Source: an uncultured delta proteobacterium
Lineage (GTDB): Bacteria; Myxococcota_A; Polyangia; Fen-1088
DNA length: 64,000 bases
Reading direction: 5' to 3'
Assembly: GCA_963796685.1 (NCBI GenBank)
Contig: CAWCMR010000013.1
Span: 224,001-288,000 of the forward strand
The translations under genes and the position numbers were made by a program. Below, piece by piece: positions 55,969 to 64,000 of the stretch. The notes under the pieces were generated by a model, which was given only the letters and a program-made list of their open reading frames with translations, had not been told where the DNA came from and made no database searches. Within the stretch, counting starts at the first letter, position 1; each line of letters opens with the position of its first letter.

Positions 55969-56255
55969 ACATGGTTCCCGATGATGATGACGACGATGGC
56001 GCCAACCGCAATGTCGAGAACGAAATCCCTCGTCGGGGGCTTCTTTCCACCCTTCCCAAACACACCTTCTCTCGGATCCTGCTGCTGCTTGCGGCATTGG
56101 CCGGTATCATCTACTTGAGGCAGCGAACCGGATCGATCGCGAGCTGCATGGCGAATGCGTTCAACCTTCCCCCGCCGGCGAAGCAAACCACGACTTCGGC
56201 GCCGATGAGAGCGCGTGTGGTCTTGCCGGCCGAGTCGGCGAGAGATCAGCGCTGA
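55965..56255 (+). CDS. Small hypothetical membrane protein
   Basis: Overlaps both neighbouring genes; acidic N-terminus and one TM segment. Confidence 0.65.
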   Translation: MNMVPDDDDDDGANRNVENEIPRRGLLSTLPKHTFSRILLLLAALAGIIYLRQRTGSIASCMANAFNLPPPAKQTTTSAPMRARVVLPAESARDQR

Positions 56256-57162
56256 TGAGCTCAGGCGGAACGCCTCTGGCTTGGGGAATCTTTGCGCTCG
56301 TCGTTGTGCTCGCACTGGCTTTGGACCTGGGGCTGTTCCACCGCCAGGCTCGCGAGCTTGGCATGCGCGAGGCCTGCGTTTGGGTCGGGATTTGGGGCCT
56401 GCTGGCGGGTGCCTTCGCTGCCTACGTCTTCCTGCGGTTCGGAACGGCGAAAGGGCTCGAATTCACCCAGGGCTATCTGCTCGAGCTGGCCCTCTCGACG
56501 GACAACCTCTTCGTCTTCATCCTGATCTTCTCCTACTTTCGCGTGCCTCGGGCCTACCAGCACAGGATTCTCTTCTGGGGCATCTTGGGCGCCGTGTTGA
56601 CCCGGGGCGCATTCATCTCGGTGGGCGCCGCCGCGATCCATCGCTTTCGCTGGATTCTGTATCTCCTGGGGGCCTTCCTCTTGGTCGCGGCGTTCAAGCT
56701 CGTCTTTCAAAAGGAATCCGAGGTGGATCCGTCGCGCAACCCGGTGTTGCGTCTGTTTCGGCGTCTCGTCCCCGTGGCCGACGATGAAACCGGCCCACGC
56801 TTCACCGTGCGACGGCAAGGCAGGCTGCTGGCCACGCCGTTGCTGGCGGTGCTGATCGTGATCGAGGCCGTGGACGTCACCTTTGCCGTGGATTCCATCC
56901 CTGCCATTTTCGGGGTGACCACCGACGTGTTCATCGTGCTGACCTCGAACGTGTTCGCCATCCTCGGCTTGCGCTCGCTGTTCTTCCTGGTTTCGGGCCT
57001 GGCCCGGAAGCTCGCCTACCTGAACTATGGCATCGCCGCCGTGTTGGCCTTCATCGGCGCGAAGATCATTCTCGAGCCCTTCGTGACCGTCCCGGTCTTG
57101 CTTTCGCTGGCCATCGTGGTGGGCGTGCTGCTGCTGGCCACCGCGGCCTCTTTGCTTGGCCA

Positions 57163-57181
<19 letters not shown>
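56255..57181 (+). CDS. TerC/Alx family membrane protein
   Basis: GYLLELALSTDNLFVF, QHRILFWG, FAVDSIPAIF and SNVFAILGLRSL. Confidence 0.95.
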
Positions 57182-58404
<1,223 letters not shown>

Positions 58405-58407
58405 GGG

Positions 58408-59667
58408 TTAGCGCGGATTGGGGGACGAGTCTGAGCTTGGAATTCCTGGCGCGGGCACACGGTTCGCCGTCTCCCCCGCCGCGTGGGTGGGAACGGAGGG
58501 CAAGTCGGGTGGGCTCGATTGTTGGAAGGCCAAGAAGATGGCACCGCCGAGGGCGGCGAGAAGGGTCACCAGCACGAAGGTGAGAAGGGGACGCGAGCTG
58601 GACTCCTCGGCCGGCCGGACCTCGGTGTTGGTCGAGGGGGTCGACGCGGTGGGGCTGACAAGGGTCGTCGGCAGAGCGCCGGGGCTGGTGGCTTCGATGG
58701 CGTCGAGGTGGACCGGAACCTCCTCGGTAATCTTTTCTATCGGGTGGTGCGGGATGCGTTTGGGCGGCTCGGGGTCGTCCGGATCCTCACCCGGATCGAA
58801 CATGGCAAACCCGAGCTCGGCGTTCGCATCCGGCTCGGGCAAGGCATCGCCTTCGACGCGGGCGATGACCACGCTGATGTTGTCGGGCCCTTCACGTTCC
58901 AGGGCTTTGCCGATGAGGACCTCACAGGCCTTCTTGGGATCGGGCTCGCCGAGGAGGATGTCTCGCATCTCTTCATCGGCGACCGGACCGTGCAACCCGT
59001 CCGAAGAGAGTAGAACCACGTCGCCGCGACAAAGCAGGACATGAGACAAGACCACATCGACCTTCTCCTGCACGCCCAGGGCTTGCAGGATGATGTTTGC
59101 ATGCTCGAAGCTCTTGGCTTCCTCCACCGTCATCGCGCCAGCCTCGATCAGCTGCCAGGCCAGGGATTGGTCCTTGGTGACCTGAACAAGCTTCCCCGCG
59201 CGCAACACATAGCAGCGCGAGTCGCCGATCTGACCGATGAGAAGGGTTCGGTCCACCAGTCCCGCGGCGGTGCACGTGGTGCCCATGCCGCGCTCGTTTT
59301 GGTTGATGCGCGATTGGATGTGGATCTTTTCGTTCGCGTTCTCGATGGCCCGGCGCAGGCTGCGGGCATAGCGCTCGCGCGTCGTCGGGGCGCGAGCTTC
59401 CATCTCGCTCGTGATGGAATCGACGGCCATGGTCGAGGCCACTTCGCCAGCGGCGGCACCACCCATTCCGTCGCAAACCAGGAAGATCGCTCCCTTGCGG
59501 CCGAGCGTGAACTCGAGGACCTCGTCCGGGGCGGAGGTCCGCAGCCCCGTCTCGACGTTGGCCAGAAGAAAGTTGTCCTCGTTGTGTTCGCGGATGAGCC
59601 CCACATCGGTCTTGCCGAAAGCGGTAATCTTGATATCCGAGGAGCTTTCCATCCCGCTAGCCGTCAT
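58408..59667 (-). CDS. PP2C/Stp1-type Ser/Thr phosphatase with C-terminal TM
   Basis: TDVG..REHNED, CDGMGG, GMGTT, IGDSR, SDGL and DNIS. Confidence 0.95.
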   Translation of the reverse strand: MTASGMESSSDIKITAFGKTDVGLIREHNEDNFLLANVETGLRTSAPDEVLEFTLGRKGAIFLVCDGMGGAAAGEVASTMAVDSITSEMEARAPTTRERYARSLRRAIENANEKIHIQSRINQNERGMGTTCTAAGLVDRTLLIGQIGDSRCYVLRAGKLVQVTKDQSLAWQLIEAGAMTVEEAKSFEHANIILQALGVQEKVDVVLSHVLLCRGDVVLLSSDGLHGPVADEEMRDILLGEPDPKKACEVLIGKALEREGPDNISVVIARVEGDALPEPDANAELGFAMFDPGEDPDDPEPPKRIPHHPIEKITEEVPVHLDAIEATSPGALPTTLVSPTASTPSTNTEVRPAEESSSRPLLTFVLVTLLAALGGAIFLAFQQSSPPDLPSVPTHAAGETANRVPAPGIPSSDSSPNPR

Positions 59668-59713
59668 TCAGCCTGGTGCACCGTCGCAGCGCTATAGTAA
59701 CACCAGCTTCGCT

Positions 59714-60619
59714 CTAACCTGGCTCGAAGCGCAAGAGCTCATCGCCTAGGCGGATCATTTGGCCTGGGTCGATCACGTGCTGTCCGGTCAGACGGACGTA
59801 GGTGCCATTCGAGCTTCCTTGATCCGAAATCATGGCGCGGTTGCCGCGGAACTGCAGCAGGGCGTGCCGACGGGACATGAATTCGTCGTCGGAAAACACG
59901 ATGTCGCCTTGCTCGCGTCCGATGATGAGGTCGCTCCTCGTCAGGTGGTAGACGTCGCGGCTGGTCCCTGCGGCCGTGATCTGCCGCAGCCTGCCCCACG
60001 GCGACTTGAGAGGCGTGCCGAACAGGATCATGCCGTGCTCGACGGCAGGACGAAGGGTCTTCTCGGCATCGGGGACAGCCTCGAACCGCAGGACTTGCTT
60101 GCCCACCAGGATGTAGTGGCCATCCTCCAGCTCGGTGGGGGCCGTGATGCGGACGTAGACGCCGTTACGGTTCTCGAGCGGGGTGATGACGTATTGGCCG
60201 GCCCGGAAGGTGATGCGCGCGTGCCTTTCGGCCAGGTGCTTGTCGTCGAAGCGCAGATCGCCCTCGCTTCGACCGATGTCGATCTGCTCGCCCAGGATGG
60301 CATAGGATTCGCCGTCGGTACCGTCGCGCCGCACGGCCACCAGGCGCGCACCGCCGGCTCCGCCCGCCGTGGACAGGGAAGGGCGGGCGGCCACGGCGGC
60401 GGCAAGGGCGATCGACGCGTCGGCGCTCATGGGGGTGGTGTGGCCGAGCCTCCTGCCGCAGGCGAAGCAGAAATTGGTGTCGAGAGGGTTGCGGTTGCCA
60501 CAGCCCGAGCAGATGAGCGCCGAACCCGCACCCGACGCATCGGCGATGGGTGCGCCGCAACGCTGGCAGAAGGCTGAACCGTCCGCGACCACGCTACCGC
60601 ACTGAAAGCAGGTCAACAT
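59714..60619 (-). CDS. Double zinc ribbon + tandem FHA domain protein
   Basis: Four CxxC motifs; IGRSE..HA..NG and IGRE..SRRHA..SSNGTY. Confidence 0.9.
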   Translation of the reverse strand: MLTCFQCGSVVADGSAFCQRCGAPIADASGAGSALICSGCGNRNPLDTNFCFACGRRLGHTTPMSADASIALAAAVAARPSLSTAGGAGGARLVAVRRDGTDGESYAILGEQIDIGRSEGDLRFDDKHLAERHARITFRAGQYVITPLENRNGVYVRITAPTELEDGHYILVGKQVLRFEAVPDAEKTLRPAVEHGMILFGTPLKSPWGRLRQITAAGTSRDVYHLTRSDLIIGREQGDIVFSDDEFMSRRHALLQFRGNRAMISDQGSSNGTYVRLTGQHVIDPGQMIRLGDELLRFEPG

Positions 60620-60880
60620 CTTGAATCAGGGTTGGAGGCTATCGCAAGTTTGCCTGGCCGGGGACGAGAAGGGGAAAGATTGGGCATAGACCCAAGAAGC
60701 ATTGCAAGGCGGTCCATCCTCTACTAAAAGTCTGGCGGCAGCATCACCGTCTTTCCGGGATCGGTTGCCCGGTCATTCACAGTGTCTCTATACTTACCAG
60801 CGATTTCGGAGAGCGTCAATTTCGCGCGGCGGTCAGCGCCGAGGCGGGTTGCCGATGGACGCCGTACCCATGAATGGGTG

Positions 60881-61994
60881 ATGGACGCTGCGTTCGCGCT
60901 GGTTGTGCTGGCGCTCGCGTCTTGTGGTCCCTTGGTGGAGAATGCACCGTTCACGGTTCGCCCGGACACGTTGCAGCCTGGCGATTCTGCTCGGACCCTT
61001 CGATGGCACCGTTGTCGACGCCGAGACCCTCCGTCCGATTGCGTCGGCGACGGTGACCGGCTCGTGGGCATTCGAGCGAGGCATCGGCATGGTCGGCCCG
61101 GCGGGTACGCGCGAGCGCAGTCTGGAGACCAGCGCGGACGGGCGCTACGAGATTCCGCGTCCCGATGATCTTCCCACGGGTGAAACGATGCGTTTGCGGC
61201 GGTTCACGCTTATCGTCTACCGACGCGGCTATGTCGCGTATCGCAGTGACTTCAAGTTCGGCAGCAACGAAGCTCGCCACGACTTCAGCCAGCACGCGAA
61301 CAAGGTCCGGCTCGAAAGATGGCAACCCACCATGGAGCATCGCCGTCACCTCGCCTTCCTTGGCGGTGGGCAGGCCATTGCCAAGGCGGCGGGGTGGGAA
61401 GCCCAGCCCGCGAGTCTCGAATACGAGGGACTGGCCGCCCCCCACATCGCGGAACCCCAAGAGGCGAAGACAGTCGCCGCGGGCGAACAGATGCTCGACG
61501 CCTCGCCCCTGTTGTCGGTGGAGGAGGTTCGTGGCGTCACCGGGTTCGCGGGCGAGCTCGAAGTCGGAAGAATGACCGACCGCGTTCGCAGCGATGTCTA
61601 TGACAGTCGGCACTTCAAGGCCAAGGGCAAGTCCGAGGCATTCGACGTCGGCCTGCGCGTGTGGGCCCTTGGACCCGCGGCAGCCGAAGCGCAGTTCACG
61701 AGGCTGGCAACGGAATTGCCTGCCGCGCACACCACTGAGGAGATCGGCGATCGGTCGCTTCGCGCGCGCGGCGGCGACGTTCTGGGCTTGGCCTTTCTCC
61801 TGCGGGAGAAGGGGCTGGTCGTCCAAATAAGCTGCGGCACGTCCCAGTGCACCGAGCCTGGCATGGTGCTCCGCCTGGCCAAATTGGTGGAAAGCCACGT
61901 GGGCGAATTGCGCCAAGCCAATCCGGCCCAGAAGAAGACGGACACCTCTCCTCAATCCAGGGAGACTCCGGCAGAGACAAAGGGCGAGCCATGA
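60881..61994 (+). CDS. Hypothetical lipoprotein (carboxypeptidase-regulatory-like domain), frameshifted at ~60985
   Basis: LASC lipobox in one frame joins 'LLGPFDGTVVDAETLRPI..ATV..TSADGRYEI' in the +1 frame. Confidence 0.7.
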
Positions 61995-63428
61995 AGTTGC
62001 GATGCCTGCTCGCGCTGGTCGTGCTCGTCGCGGTCGGGGTTTTACCGTCGCAAGGAGCGCTGGCCTGGGATCCGGCGACCACGCACGCGGGATTGACCGA
62101 GCGGGCCCTGGAGGCGTCTAAGCTTCACGCCACGCTTGCGCATGAGCTTGGCCGGCCACTGGGCAGCCTGGAACCTTTGCGCCTGGACGCGAACACCCTC
62201 GACGCGGATGTGGCGCGGGAGTTGAAGAATCGGCTGCACGCTCTCGATTCCGCCGGCGGCTATCGCCCGAGCGCGGAAGGGGTCGCCACCGCTTCGGCGT
62301 GGGTCCGGGCCGGCGCTGTGCTCGCGAAAACCCCACCCGAACGCGGACGCCATCATTTCCTCGAGCCGCAGACGCGCACCGGACTGGACGATGGTCCCGG
62401 CCTCTCCGGCACGCTGTACGCGCTTCGGCTGACCCTCGATGACGGCGCGACCGTGCGCGAGTGCGCGACCGGCGAGGCCTTCGATCTCGAAGGCAGGTCT
62501 TCGCTCGAATGGCTGCGCTCGCCGCGCAACGACCTCGGTCTGAACGCGTTCTTCGACAATTGGGTTCTCGCCGTGAGCGCGCCGCGAGCCGGCCAGCGCG
62601 AAACCGCCCTTGCCCGCGCCCTGCTGGCTATGGGCGGGGTGTTGTCCCTCCTCGAGGATGCGGGCCAGCCCGCGTTCGTGCGCAACGACTTCCGCGGCGA
62701 GTTCCTGACGCATGATTCGGGGTCTGCTCTCGAACGCTTCGTGGCGGACCGCTACGGCTCGGTGGCGCTTCCACGCGCACAGGCGCCGGTTGCGCGGCCC
62801 GATTTGGACAGCTATTTCGTCGCCGCGGACGGCAACGGGCTGGCACAGGCAACCCAGCGTCGCTTCTTCTCCCCCGGGACCTTGCCGCAAGATTTTCGCT
62901 GCGACCCCGTGCAAACGCCGTCGGAGCTTGCCGTCGAGGCCAATCGATCCCTTCGCTTCTCCGAGCCCAAGGTGATGCCCCTTGATGTCCGTTACGCCGG
63001 GCGCACGCGCTACGTGGTTCGAGATGGCGCGCGCGTGCTGGCCTATCAGCGCAACGGGGATCGCCTGCACTTCTTCCTGGACCAGGCGGTGGAGGAGGAT
63101 CTCGCGGCTCAGTGGCTGCCCAAGGTGGAAGGCTACGCGGCCGGCATGATCGACTACCTGCTGCGGGCCAAGGTTCAGATCGTGCTGGAGGGAGACAAGG
63201 CCGAGGCGACCCTGATCGGGGTGGTCGCACCATTCGAAACAGGGGCCTTGTGGCACCTCTACTCGGAGGACGAGTCGGGCGTCCGAACGGAGCTTCCCAA
63301 CCCAGGTCGGCGGCAACGCAAAAGCGTCATTCGTGGTGCCCAAGGGCGCGCGCAAGGTCGCGGCCTACGTACGCGGGCACGATGGCGCGGGGACTTTCGT
63401 CGCCGTCGCCGAGGCGCGCATTCCGTAG
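61991..63428 (+). CDS. Hypothetical secreted protein, probable frameshift at ~63297
   Basis: ATGA overlap and signal peptide ALA-W..TH. After ~63297 the +1 frame gives a plausible C-terminus ending at TAG 63428, whereas the in-frame tail is Arg-rich and implausible. Confidence 0.7.
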
Positions 63429-63799
63429 CCCCGACGACACTCTGCCTGCCAGGGACCTCGCGTCGGGAGCGGGACATTCCACGCAAGACCGTCACCTGGC
63501 ATACGGATGTTTTCAGGGGCGGCGAGCTCTCTGGAAAGCGATTGCACGCGATCGCGTTCGTTGTCGCTCGTACACAAGAATACCCATGCGAAAAATGCTC
63601 GAGATCGAGCCTCGTCACGCTTGAATTCATGTGCCAGACTTCCCTCTTTCTTTCGCTTCGGCAGTTAGGATTCTGATCGGCAGGTGTTGCGGCGGCGGCT
63701 TGCGTTCACTGGAATGAAACAGAGCTGTTTCGGAAACGCATCGGTGGTAGCAACTTCCGTTCATTATCTTTCAGCGTGGATGAATAGAGGGAGGGGAAC

Positions 63800-63991
63800 A
63801 TGACGGATCCATCTCTGACGACCGACGAGCAGAAGGCGAAGATGCCCAAGAACATCTGGCTCTTCCCTGATGAAGATGATGACGACGACGCCGACGACGA
63901 GGACGACGACGAGATACCCGAGGCCTGGCAGCGCGTGCGCTGGCTCTCGCGACCGGATTTTGGCTCACCCCAGTGGTGGTCCCGGACCTGA
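63800..63991 (+). CDS. Small acidic hypothetical protein
   Basis: Strong GGGAGG RBS, poly-Asp tract and Trp-rich tail. Confidence 0.5.
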   Translation: MTDPSLTTDEQKAKMPKNIWLFPDEDDDDDADDEDDDEIPEAWQRVRWLSRPDFGSPQWWSRT

Positions 63992-64000
63992 TCCTTTCGA

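Noticed and set aside
56161-56254. yybP-ykoY riboswitch upstream of terC
   Set aside because: terC overlaps the upstream ORF, leaving no leader, and no motif was recognised
63429-63676. C-terminal tail of the 609-aa ORF
   Set aside because: Implausible composition; better explained by a frameshift with the true stop at 63428

Overview
GC-rich bacterial chromosomal segment, most likely Myxococcota. This is inferred from the Ser/Thr kinases, FHA/PP2C genes, PilZ, an AgmX-like C-terminus, Cys-rich lipoproteins and deltaproteobacterial-type gene order. It is mainly housekeeping: pit, tilS-ftsH-folP-glmM-pdxJ-nnr, purB-purC, dut-argC-argB, rpsO-pnp, era-der, HU, efp-epmA, yajC-secD-secF-recJ and terC. 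Interspersed are three sulfatase-fold proteins, an orphan HlyD + C39-peptidase ABC + ABC export trio, an ECF sigma/anti-sigma locus, an expansin-like lipoprotein, a pseudokinase-GYF-AgmX fusion and an FHA-PP2C-kinase operon. The most striking unexplained signal is non-coding. A family of ~75-85 bp structured repeats (CGCGT...variable hairpin...CGCGG(G)AGGG-TTTGGGAACCCT-nnn-AGGGTTCCC) occurs at five loci (~11 copies), all in the same orientation, with covarying stems. It forms two 4-unit tandem arrays, sits in frame inside the 5' end of argC, and caps a ~390-nt G-T-wobble-rich fold-back between purC and dut. Five genes carry apparent +1 frameshifts that look like long-read assembly insertions. 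No rRNA, tRNA, CRISPR or transposase was recognised.
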